From contig NC_086097.1 of the NCBI RefSeq assembly GCF_963921235.1, forward strand, positions 135,968,001 through 136,032,000: a stretch of 64,000 nucleotides of DNA, read 5' to 3'. Source of the stretch: Mobula hypostoma (Eukaryota). This document shows, one piece after another, positions 1 to 10,989 of this stretch; the first letter of the stretch is position 1, and the number at the start of each line of letters is the position of its first letter. Below the pieces are notes generated by a model, which made no database searches, was not told the origin of the DNA, and was given only the letters and a program-made list of their open reading frames with translations. Made by a program: the position numbers and the translations under genes.

Positions 1-307
1 CATGTCCTTCCACAGTTGCTGCCTGACCGATTTGAGTTCTTCCAGCATCTGGACTGATGGTTATAAGTTCTTGATTAATGCTTCCTTAACTCTCTCTGAA
101 GGTAATTTTGCCTGTTACATTTGTTACAACAGACTTTGTTGAAGAATGCTACTCTGGTTGAACTGTGAGGTTTCTTGTCTTTTGAATAAGAATATTGTGT
201 TCAACGCTTACTCACACAATCTCGGCTGACCTCACAACCGGGGGAAATTCCCATTGTAATGGTGAGGGCTACCAGGTTCAAATACAGAATAGGACTGAAT
301 TCAAGTC

Positions 308-540
308 ATAGAAACATCACAGAAACAGGCGCTTTAGCCCACCGTGCTGAACTTCAAGTACCCATTTACTAGCATTGATCCATTATTTGTAATGCCCTTG
401 CACATCTAGATACTTCATAAATGTTCTGGAAAAACCTGTTTCCAACATTCTAATGGGTGGATTTCAACCACCCCCTAGGTGAAAAAATTCATCCTCGGAT
501 CCTCTTTGAACCTCCTAATGCTTACCCTAAACCTAACCCC
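308..540 (-). mobile_element. Decayed CR1 LINE 3' end fragment
   Basis: Reverse complement resembles the CR1 3' ends elsewhere in the window (gaaacaggc...gccc hairpin/tail region; compare 33345-33600). Confidence 0.5.
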
Positions 541-1104
541 TTGAGACAAGCTATCAGGCTGTGATTCAAAGAGGTAAAGAGAATATTAAAATCCCAAACG
601 TAAGGCTCTTCGTTAACATTCCTCTCTTGTGTGACTGAAGAAGGTTCACACTGGTGTATTTGGAATCTTGCCCGTGATAATTGACGTCAGCCAACCATAA
701 TAAATTTGTGCAAACATTTTCAGATATTCTTTCCTTACAAATTAGTGGTTGTGAGGTTGGTTAGATCAAAATTAGAGTAACAAAACCCTTTACAGGCTGT
801 GGGTGAAGTTGTCCAATAGACAGCTCAATTAATCCTTTCAGTTTCAAATGCCATGTGATTTATGATGTCCCCAGGCCAGGAGAATGAGTATGGATGCAAA
901 TAAATGGAGAAAATACTGGAAACACTCAACAGGCCAGTCAGCTTCTGTGGAGAAAGACGAAACAGTCTGAGATTATTCATCAATATGGATACAAATCCTG
1001 GTACAAAAACTGTTCATTGAAGTGACTTAATTGTGTAACTGCTTTATTATTTCACCTATACCAAGAAGCAGTGAAGAGGTTTGTTCATGTGTCATCTCGA
1101 GGCA

Positions 1105-1247
1105 GACACAGTAGTGAAATTTAAGAGACTATTAGACAGGTATATGGAGGAATTTAAGGTGGGGGGTTATATGGGAGGTAGGGTTTATGGGTTGGCACAA
1201 CATTGTGGGCTGAAGGGCCTGTACTGTGCTGTACTATTCTATGTTCA
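1105..1247 (+). mobile_element. CR1 LINE 3' terminal fragment
   Basis: tttaagagactattagacagg (FKRLLDR), then gggctgaagggcctgtactgtgctgtactattctatgttc, the typical CR1 3' hairpin and short-repeat tail. Confidence 0.7.
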
Positions 1248-2099
1248 TATAAATAAATAAAATGCAAGGTAGGTTTGATGAGATTAGGAGTTATTCTTTA
1301 TTATATGAAACAGTGATCAGGAGCCCATCTTTCTCAATTTTAAAACCCACAAAGTCCAAGCAGATATACAAAACAGTCCCAAAACACGTTTTATATCACT
1401 ACGTGACTACTAAACCCACCCCGCCACCTCCTGCAATGTGTTGATGAACAGGCATCAATGTTTGGGTCAATGTTTTAGATCAGGTTTAATAACATACTTC
1501 TAAATTGAGGCAGGATGCACATTACATCTGCCTGTCTTTGCTAGCCAGTAAAAGCATTCTCAAACTCAGAGCACTTCTTGTTTTTAAAGTTTCGCCTTTA
1601 AGGTAACTTAAACCATTCTCTCCTGGCTGGTCCATTCTCACTGCCACCTTCCACAGGGAACTGAACATGATTAAATATCTACTCATGTTTTGATAAAATA
1701 TGCTGTGGTAAAGCAGAATGTGGAAGTGGTTAGTTGTAGCTTTGTCCTTTCTGTCCCGAGGTAGCGTTTCCACATCTCGCAAGGCAAGAGCAGCAATTGG
1801 CAAAGTATCAATTTAAACAGGGTTGTAATTTTGTTATTTCAAGTAATTTTTTGTGTGAAATCACAGCTTCTCCCAGGAAGGACTGTTGAGGAAACTCACT
1901 TAAAGTCACTCTTGCAACACTTTTTATTTGCATCCAGCAAGTATTCCTGCATTATGTGAAGTTACACAGGAATGTTTTGGAGAGCATAACATGCCAAAGC
2001 ACCTCAGACAGTCAAGTTTAATATTGGAGGCAGGTTTTGCCCTACTGTGATGGTGTAAACCATGCAGCAGGGCAGCACAGTGGAAGAGTGCAAAGTGGA

Positions 2100-3105
2100 C
2101 CAAGAGAATGTAGCCAGGAATTGAGGGTCTGAGTTATATAGAGAAACTGAACATGGTAGGACTTTATTCCTTGGAGTGGAGGAGACCTTCTTGGCTGTCA
2201 TATGGATCTGATGATGACAGCACATGGAGAAGGCTGTGCAGGGGAGTTTTTCAAAGTGTTGCACAGAGGCAGTTCCACTTTCTCAGCCCCAGAAGTCTGG
2301 ATCCAGTGATGAGAATAGTTGTCACAACTGGGGCCATCCTTGGTTGCAGTGGATGGACTGAACTTCTTCTGTGCCTTGTCGTGCCCTTCATTCTCCATGG
2401 AGCTTTGCAGAACTGCCTTCCAGGCTGTTGGTTCTCATCTGCCCAGAGTGCTAGAGTTGACTTTGCATGCTAGGACAGGCATGTCGTATCTCACCAGGGT
2501 ATGAAGCCGCCGGCTACCCTCTGCTGGTACATCCTGCCTGTTGAAATGGTGTACCGGGGTATGTCACTGTCACGTGCAAAGAGCTACTTGGGTCAACAGG
2601 CAAGAGCTGAATGTCCAGTGAAGAACAATGGTCAGAGATGGACATGACAAGCCCCTTCACCAGAGGTGTTACCCCTGGACACCCCATACACCTTTATAGA
2701 GTAAGTATGGTATAAAGTCATATGGGCATTGATAGTGTTTTAGTGTTTTACCCAGAGAGACAAATCTAAAACTAAAGGATATAGAACAGGGAACTATACA
2801 ACACAGGAACAGGTGTTTGTCTCATGACGTTGTGCCAAACTAATTATGCTACTGCCACTAATTAAATTAATCAGATGCATAGGTTTAAGGTGAGAGAGGA
2901 AAGATTTAAAAAGGAACTGAGGGACAACTTCTTCATGCAAAGGGTGTTACGTATTTGGAACGAGGTGCCAGAGGAAGTAGCTGAGTCAGGTACGATAATG
3001 CATTTAAAAGATGCAATAATGCATTTAAAGAATTTAAAAGATTTAAAACATCTTGGTCAGCATGGACCCCTAGACTGAAAAGCCTGTTTCCTTTCTACAA
3101 TACAC
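2100..3105 (+). mobile_element. Decayed CR1 LINE 3' region, interrupted by insertions
   Basis: LSYIEKL...GLYSLEWR (2130-2180) and HRFKVREERFKKELRDNFFMQRVLRIWNEVPEEVAESGT (2875-3000) are CR1 ORF2 C-terminal motifs. Confidence 0.7.
2190..2689 (-). mobile_element. Non-autonomous interspersed repeat (possibly RTE-derived) inserted in CR1
   Basis: Splits the CR1 GDLIE codons and is flanked by an ACCTT duplication (2185-2189 / 2690-2694); family assignment and strand are tentative. Confidence 0.4.
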
Positions 3106-3416
3106 TATAGCTCAGCTGCACTACTCTGTTTCAGGGTAAAAATGGGAGAGATCGTCTTCCCTGATCCCCATCCTCAAAGCACAGTGTGGCGCTACTCACA
3201 CTTGTGTTTTGTTAACATTACTTTTGACATCCGGAAGATTAATTGGTATGTCCTTTGGACAAATTCCCCCATAGAAAACGGCTTCCTTGCTCTGGTTATC
3301 TGCTTAAGACTCGCATCCTGTCATGGACAGAATACTCCACTGATTCGTCAGCATTTGGTTTGTAATAATGCACTGTCAAGAATGACCCCACCATCTCTTG
3401 CCAATCCTTGTCACAC

Positions 3417-3555
3417 GGGGCACAGTGGAATAACAGATAGAGCCATGCCTCTCAGCCGCAGTGATCCAGGATCAATCCTGACCTCCAGTGTTGTCTGTGT
3501 GGAGTTTGCACACTTTCCGTGTGATCCTGAAGACGTTTCTTTCCACATCCATAGG
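3417..3555 (+). mobile_element. tRNA-derived V-domain SINE fragment
   Basis: A/B-box-like head (ggggcacagtgg...ccaggatcaatcctgacc) followed by V-domain-like tgtgtggagtttgcacactttccgtgtg. Confidence 0.65.
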
Positions 3556-3564
3556 TAGCGAATT

Positions 3565-4067
3565 GGAATCAGAATCCGATATATTATCTCTGACGTGTGT
3601 GATACAAAATTTGTTACACATAAAATCAATATGAGTTGCAAAAATAAATAAGTAGTGCAGAAAAAGGAATGATGAAGACGTGATTATGGGTTCATGCGTC
3701 ATTCGGGTTCAGAGGGTTCATCCTGGGTAGTGAGGGTGCTTAGTGATGGATGATGCCTTCCTGAACCACAGTCTCTTGAAGAGATTCTTGATGGTGGGGA
3801 GGGTCATGCTCGTTAAGTTTTCAGCCCTCTAAAGCTGCTTGTGATCCTGGTCATTGGAACCTCCATCCTGTTCAGAATGTTCCCTACCCTATGTCAATAG
3901 AAATTTGTAAGAGCACGTTAAAGGTTCTGCACAACATTGTGGGCTGAAGAGGCTGGACTGCTGTAATGTTCTATGTTCTTTGGTGACATACTGAATCTCC
4001 TCAAATTTCTAACAAAGTAAAGCCACTGGCATGCCTTCTTCATAATTATATTGTGTTTTTCCCAGGG
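3565..4067 (-). mobile_element. Rex1/Babar-like LINE, 3' part (host of the ERV)
   Basis: Minus strand reads WEKHNIIMKKACQWLYFVRNLRRFSMSPK, in frame with 11748-11890; microsatellite-like tail near 3565-3580. Confidence 0.7.
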
Positions 4068-5152
4068 TCTGAGTGTATTAAATTTGCTGACTGTAAAGTT
4101 CTAAACTCAGATGAAGATCTGAAGCCCTATCTGATACAGATAACGATAGGTACCATCACCAAAAGGGAGGCTATACTGTAGCTACCTACTCTTCAAAGAC
4201 TGGGTCACTCACCTGTTTATCTTTCATGGCAAGTTTAGCTGCCAATACCCACCATTTGAGTGGTGGGTCTCCGCTCTGTACCAGGGATGAGATACTTACA
4301 GCTAACAAAGTAGTTTAAACACAATTCATTTATTTTTAGTGATACACATATAAATCCAGACAAAATTCTTCAAACACATTTAAAACTCATTCAGGATATC
4401 TATCTTATAAAATATTTTAAAATTACAAATGATTTCTAAAACACAAAGTACTTACAAAACAATTCCTGGAAGTTAAAAAGACAGGCCAACAAGTTGCTGA
4501 CAAATGAATCATCCATTGCAGAAAATGAGGGCAGAGGAACGGTTTCTAATCATCCCATCTTTCTGGCATTCTTCTTATTGTTCCTTGACCATTCCTAGCA
4601 AGCATGGTTGCTCTCTAACATTTATACTGTTTTTTCTGCCACTTGAGTGACATCGCATGCACGTAATATTTTTTCCGATCTTTTTACACAAATGATCTAA
4701 AAGATTCTGGTGATAGAGTTTCAGGATACCCACAACTAATGCTGTGAAGCTGATTCCATGAGCACACAAACGTTGCAACTGTTAACAAATCAGCTATTTG
4801 ATGTGCTATCTGATAGTATCAATCTGGTCTGCAAACTTACCAGCATTTCCTGTTTGGAGCAGGCTTACCAACATAACTCCATTGTCAGACTAGCACCTGT
4901 GTTCTATAGACAGTGCTGTTTGTTCACAAAGCTATCCTTTTAACTTCAGACTGATTATTGCTTGGCATTTACATTAAGAACTGAAGACTGTCTCCTGTTT
5001 ACAACAAGAAGCTGAATAAAGAAAATTAGTTGGAAGTTTGACTTTCTCAAAAAATAATTATTTGAGCTCTCGAAGTTTCAACTATTAGGTTAGAAAGCTG
5101 AGCTTGGCAAAAAAGAAGGTCTCCTGGCCCTGGACTGTGAATATCCATCACA
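4068..5152 (-). repeat. 3' LTR of foamy-like ERV (~1.08 kb)
   Basis: 4568-5152 aligns by eye to 10993-11747; preceded on the minus strand by a G-run PPT; AATAAA at 4334-4329; ends at the TSD (terminus reads GA instead of CA). Confidence 0.8.
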
Positions 5153-5167
5153 GCCCCCCCCCCCCTT
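5153..5167 (-). promoter_or_regulatory. Polypurine tract of foamy-like ERV
   Basis: Minus strand AAGGGGGGGGGGGGC immediately 5' of the LTR start TGTGATGG. Confidence 0.8.
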
Positions 5168-7750
5168 GCTAAGTGAAGACTTTTAGACCAGCTTCTCTTT
5201 ACGGAAATCAGTTTCGAGAGCAGACTCCTGCCAAGACTCCTCTTGGGATCACTCCACCAACCATTCCAGTAGATTACCAGTTCAAGAAGAGCTTTCCTTG
5301 ATCCAATGCTGAAAGAACTCATTGAGTACTTCCTAATGTGTGATTTTCTACTTAGAGAATTCACTTTCTTCATATTAGCTGCATACATTTCTGAAACCTC
5401 TAAGGAGTGTTACCATTATAACTTTTCCATAACTGTGCAACAACAAAGCATCAATGTCCAGTTTATAAATCCATGTTATTTCATCTTTAAGATTTTCTTC
5501 CTCACCTACAGTTTTTGCTCTTTCCTTGCTACAAGTTTATCTTTGCCACAGTCAGTTCATCAGGTCATCAGCTGGTAATGCACTTTACTGAGCTGAAGAT
5601 AGCTCATTTCTTTCACAGGGTGTTGGCATTGCTTTCAATGAGGTGGGCAAATACTATTCAGGTTTTCTGAAAGCAAATCTAGTAAACAAGTTACTGATTG
5701 TATATTCTTGTCTTTTTTCCCCTAAGGATTAATAATTTAACATCTTAGTTATAAAAAAGTATATTTATCAGTTACAAGATTTCACAATATGTTAATATAC
5801 AAAGAAGGTGAAACATTTATAGATGTAACCTGCCTCTTTATGGTAGTGAAGTAAGCAAGTGTACGGTTCTCCTGTTGAGAATTCTGTCTGTACTTTTGAC
5901 TCTGGGTGGACAAAAAAAATGTCGGAACACAGGGGTTGGTTATGGTCCTCCTAAAGGAGTGAACACCCTCTTTAGCCTCAGCCAAGGTGAGGAAGATCCC
6001 AGCCAGTGTAAAGCCATGCAAAGCTGTGGGGCCGGACAACGTACCTGGTCAGGTGCTGAGGAACAGCGTGGCCCAGGAAACAAAGAACGTAATGCACATT
6101 TCTATCTCCTTGAATCAGTCCACTGTCCCTGCAGGCTTCAAGGCAGCCACCATCATTCTGGTCCCCAACAGAAGGACAGTAACGGACCTAAATGATTACA
6201 ACCCAGTGGCACTGACTTCAACAAATAATGAGCCACTTTGAGTGGCTGGTAATAGATCGTATAAAATCCCACCTTCCAGCTAGAGTAGACACTTTCCTGT
6301 TTGCCTACCACTCAAACCAATTCATTGATGATGCCATAGTCTTGACCCTCCACTCCATCCTCTCCCACCTAGAAAATGATACCTCATACATCAGAATGTT
6401 CTTCATCGACTTCAGCTTGGTGTTTAACATGGTTATCACTCAAATGTTAGTAGGTAATCTCTTCATTGGGACTCAACACTATTTACCCCATTTTTCAACA
6501 TGTATTCAAGGTCAATCTGAAATATAATTGGATTTGCAAGCACACCACTAGTTCAGAACTAATATTTGTTATAAGGTATTATTCACACCATGGTATGAAC
6601 TATTCGTAGCTGTTTGACTAAGGGCAAATAGGAAATCTGGGTGGATCCAATAGTCTATGGGGCTAAAATCTCTAAAAAGCTCAGTTTCAGTTGACCATGG
6701 AAAGAAACAATTTTGTTTTATCTCACCTTCTATTTCAGTACACCTTTCCATCTTATCTTCCCATGCAAAAATCAGATCCGTGGCATTGCCAAGACATTCG
6801 GAATATAGAGCTGTAATGCAGAAAATTGTCATGTTACCTTGATGCTTAACAATGGAGTGGAATAGTGGCCATAAATGGAGAAATGGAAACATCTAAAATC
6901 CTTCAGCTAGTTGTTGTCTATTAAAGGAAAGTCCATTAAGATATCCAAAAGAGTCTTCATTAAAAATGTTTTTCCACAATGCTTCAGTCTAATGGTTTCA
7001 ATATCATGTTCCCATGAGTGGGACCATTCAATGTCATCACAGTCTCTATACTTTCCTTCAGGTGTGGAGGGATCCATGTCAAGTAATTCCTCTGTTAGCT
7101 TTCCTTCTGTAACTAGGCTGGAATATTTCAGTTTTGTTGGCATTGTCATTAATCATTTTCGCAAGTGATCCTTTGCCTTCCCATGGTTCTACGTTCACCT
7201 TGTCTGCAATGCAATCACAGTCAACGTTCAAGCGGACAGGAACTTTGCCAGAAGCAAAGATTAAGTGTTCTGTGTATTAGTTCAGATGTGACCAATGGCT
7301 AAAGACCATCCGGTGATACTTAAATTAGATTCTTCATTGGTCGCAGATCTTTGTCCTCTAATATTCTCTTAGTCATTAAATTTAGAGGCGTACGCACCAG
7401 ATGAAAAAATTTCCATAGTAAATGCAACTTTGTCTGCTGAAAAGGGAATGTTAAGTAAGCCAGCACTGAATAATATTTTTATAAGCACAATTTGTAAAAG
7501 TAAAGTATAGCAAGAGCAGCATTTCTTCCTGGAGTTGGAGTCTTTCTTACTCTGAAAACAACAACACATTCTGGATGTATTACCCTTGGGCAATGTACCT
7601 ATGAGATCTTCCTCAACTGACAGGAGTTATTACATTTTTTAAGATCTAAACTTGTGTTTTATCTTTCCAATAGATCTCAATGCCTTCCCACCGGGGTGTA
7701 GGGGCTCCTTGTTGGACCCATGTATTAGTCTAATATAAGGATTCCATTCA
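5168..7750 (-). pseudogene. Post-pol region of foamy-like ERV: decayed env and/or accessory ORFs, product unassigned
   Basis: Lies between integrase and the PPT; minus-strand ORF remnants at 7369-7593, 6907-7149, 6569-6892 and 5047-5388; no clear furin site or TM anchor recognised. Confidence 0.5.
5965..6485 (+). mobile_element. Rex1/Babar-like RT fragment inserted in the ERV
   Basis: KAVGPDNVPGQVL, VPAGFKAATIILVP, LNDYNPVALTS, FAYHSNQFIDDAI and YIRMFFIDFSLVFN are Rex1-type RT motifs. Confidence 0.85.
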
Positions 7751-10700
7751 ATCTGGGGGATAAATTCTGCTGGGACAGGTTTCATATGATCTATGGAGAC
7801 AGTTTTACTTATAGTATTGTAAGGGTTTCTTCTTTTATGTTACTGCTAAGGTGAATAAAATAGCTTCTCTGTACTGTTAACTGCTGAGACAGTGGTTCAC
7901 TATAGCAGTAAGTTTGGATTATAATTAGTGATAACGGGACATGTATTCATTTGTTAACCAATTGGGATAGATGTTACTTTTTCTGTCTGTGTGAAAGCTG
8001 TTAGTTTGCGCAGGCTTTGTGGGAGAAGGTGCAAAGAGGATGAAGAGAGAAGACGTAGCTTGAGGAGACGGTTGCCGGACCCGCTGGGGCTGGGCTCAGG
8101 GCAGGAGCCTAGGGGTCGACGATGAGCGAAGGAGGATCAGTGAAAGGGAATCCGTGAGCTCCAACGTTTGTGCACTGGACATGTTTATGAGATTATTGGC
8201 ACCTTTTATCTGTTTTCCTTTTCTTCTGTTTCTCTACTAACCCCATACTTAAATATAAAATCTTAATCATTTAACCGCACATTGTGGACTGAATGTTATT
8301 TTGGGGTACTGATGTTACACAGGGGACACAACACGCAGCATCCACACTAACTTGATTACCCAGTTTGGCGGGGCTGAAGGCTGCTCCTCCTAGGCGGGAG
8401 CGAGCTGAGTGAGCCTGAGGCTTACCAGGGGGCTACAGTATTGTTTACCCTTCCTGTCTTGATTGCCATAGTCCTATCATTGATAACCTTGGTAAGAAGA
8501 CGAGGAGGTTTCCATTTAGGATGGAAACCAGGGTTGGAATTATTTTTATGGAATTTCTTTTCTTGGACCCAGTCCCCTTTTTGAAGAGTTCAAGCTTTCT
8601 TGTCAGGTTTTTTTATTTTTCTTGGATTCCCATAAACTCTCTCAATCCCTTGAGAAGAGTTGTACTGGTGTAGACGCTGGCTGGTCTGAGTTAGGGATCT
8701 GGAGTATAATTAGGTAGACATTGTACATTACAAAATAAGGTGTAACATTCTTATGTATTCCTATTTTCACAATTGGCATATTGTTTACAGACAGTTGCAC
8801 TTCAGGGGCAAGTATAGCCCACTTTTAGCCTCTAGAGTAGACCAATTTTGCCAGGCCCTGCTTAATCTCCTGATTCCTTCCCTCCACCATGCCACTTGAT
8901 AGTGGGTGGAATGGAGTGATGATCTCCACTTGTGCAATATGCCTATTTGTTCATACTAGGTCTGAAAGCCTTCACCAATGAAGGAAGACCTTGGTTGGCG
9001 TCTATGTAGACGGGGGTGCCAGCATGTGGGAATATGGAGTTTTGGAATGCCCTGATGATTGTGGCCTTACTACAAGAAGTTGTGGGGACTAACTACAAAT
9101 ATCAATGATCACAAGGATGTGTCTATTAGGTTTCCAATACGGTAGGTTGCCTTGGGATGCCAGAAAAGGGACTACAGTATTTACTCAATTTGCCACACCC
9201 ATATTCTGCAGTTAGTTTTGATTGTCTTATAGGAGGTGGTCTTGTGAGTGCTCCTTTAATATAGGCCAGACATTTTTGACAATTTGCAACAAATTGCTTA
9301 CAATCACCCTCAACATATAAGGCCAGCTTCCGCATGAGTGGCTTGTCTGCCATTGTGATTGAGTCTGAATCCTTGGTGGGTTTCTTGAATCAGTTCTTCC
9401 CACTTGAGGGAGGATGGATTTGCTTCTTCATCCTTGTAGGACAGCAAACCCAAACCTTATCTTCTCCATCAGCTGCATTGAAAATCCTCTGGGATTTAGA
9501 TCAGAAGTAGCAACATCTTGGTTATTTTTTATTTGTTGCTTAGTTACCACTAAAGCCCTAGTGACCCTTAAGGTCCATCCTGACTTGTTCGCTTGTTCAT
9601 TGGTTTGTTTATTACCATAGCTGTGTAAGTTGCCTGCAGCATGTCCCAAGATGTGTAACAGCTGTACTAATGGTCAAGTCAATAATAATTCATAAATATT
9701 CTTCCATGTAGACAAATGTGGAAGCAGTTTACCTCTGTGTGTTCTCCATCTGGTAGTGGACCAGATGGGAAAATCTCTTTCTACTGCATTCCTAACTTAA
9801 CGAGGGTCAGTATTTATCAAGACTGGTTCTGTTGTATTTAACTGTTTTAAATATAACTCTGCAAATTAAGCTGTATGATTCCCTAAAGGATGAGCTTGCA
9901 ACTAATGTAGTTCAAATTCAGTTTCCGATGTAATTTTTCCTTTTATAATCCCTGCTCCTGCCTGTGATTGAGTGGATCCATCTTTCTGGATTTTCATTAC
10001 TAAGCCATCACAGTACTATATTTGAGAATGGTGCTCTAAAGGATATCATGCTACATTGGGTTGTGCGGATGATGGCTCTGCATCTTCCATGACAGGAAAG
10101 GATTGTAAGTTATAGCTCTCAGGAATGTATCCTCACCTTACAGTGTAGCATTATAAAAGTGTTTGCCATTTCACGTATCCAGTTATTGTAACTCTCTGTT
10201 TATTTTTGGCAATTTGTTATCACTCTTCATAGCTGCAAACTCTGTATAATGATTGGTTTGTCCAGTTGCAGTGGTCTTTTACAATAAGTGTATGGAATAC
10301 CATAATAAGACATCATTCTGAGACAGTAAATTTTTGTTCTGTTGGGGTGAGATTGTATGAGGTATAGTGTATAGGGCCTTTCTCCCTCATTATAGCAGAT
10401 GGCTACAACAGTTTTTTGGAGAAACATGAATTTGTAGAACAAGAGACTTTATTAGATCTTTTGTCTGGAGGTCTATTCCTTGATAGACTGCATTGACCAA
10501 TTTCTCTAGTGCCTCAAAAATTTCAGGGGTAAAACAAAAGGTTTTTCATTATTTGATGTACATCGATTGTATAATGATTTTGACATTTGAGTATAGCCAG
10601 GTATGAAAGCTCTAGCATAATTCTACAGTCCGAGGGTTGAATGTAAGACTTATAGGGTCTTTTGCTATCCTTCTTGAGCGACCTTTTATCTAAACCATAG

Positions 10701-10980
10701 ATAAACCATTGCATGGAATAATGGACATTTCTCTGTATCCTACAGGAAGAGAGAAAGGGTTAAACCATGTCCCTGATTGGTAATTGCCAACCTTTTAATG
10801 ACAGTCAAAATCTATGTTAAATGTTAGTGCAGTATACATCATCAACATATGCCCAAATATCTGGTGTTCCCTGTAGATTCAGAATGACTACTGTGGACTG
10901 TTCCAGCTGCAGACTTGTGGGAGATTGGCCCATAAGTCTGATATTGTAAGCCATCAGGTGCTGTAAAGGCTGTGTAGCAT
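7640..10980 (-). pseudogene. pol: Foamy-like pol (RT-RNase H-integrase), 5'-truncated, many stops and frameshifts
   Basis: Hand translation gives YTAFTAPDGLQYQ/WANLPQ, WAYVDDVY (YVDD 10849-10838), LGL*NYARAFIPGY, CYNEGERP, YCDG, AGAGII, PLGNHTA*FAEL (9889-9854), PVLINTD, CQKC, HILVIID, TPFHPLSSGMVE, GDWVQEK, PKWKPP and KTVSIDHMKP, colinear with prototype foamy virus Pol. Confidence 0.9.
7818..8437. mobile_element. Solo LTR (620 bp) of an unrelated LTR element, inserted in the ERV integrase C-terminus
   Basis: TGTAAGGG...GGCTACA termini; GTAT TSD at 7814-7817 and 8438-8441; integrase motifs resume on both sides. Confidence 0.85.
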
Positions 10981-10989
10981 CTGTCACTT

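Noticed and set aside
240..252. NF-kB-like site GGGGAAATTCCC (similar motifs at 13467 and 37852)
   Set aside because: Short motifs are expected by chance in 64 kb, and no linked gene is visible
7369..7593. Assignment as foamy Env leader peptide or Tas
   Set aside because: Only a hydrophobic stretch and vague resemblance; not enough to name, so left as unassigned post-pol ORF remnants
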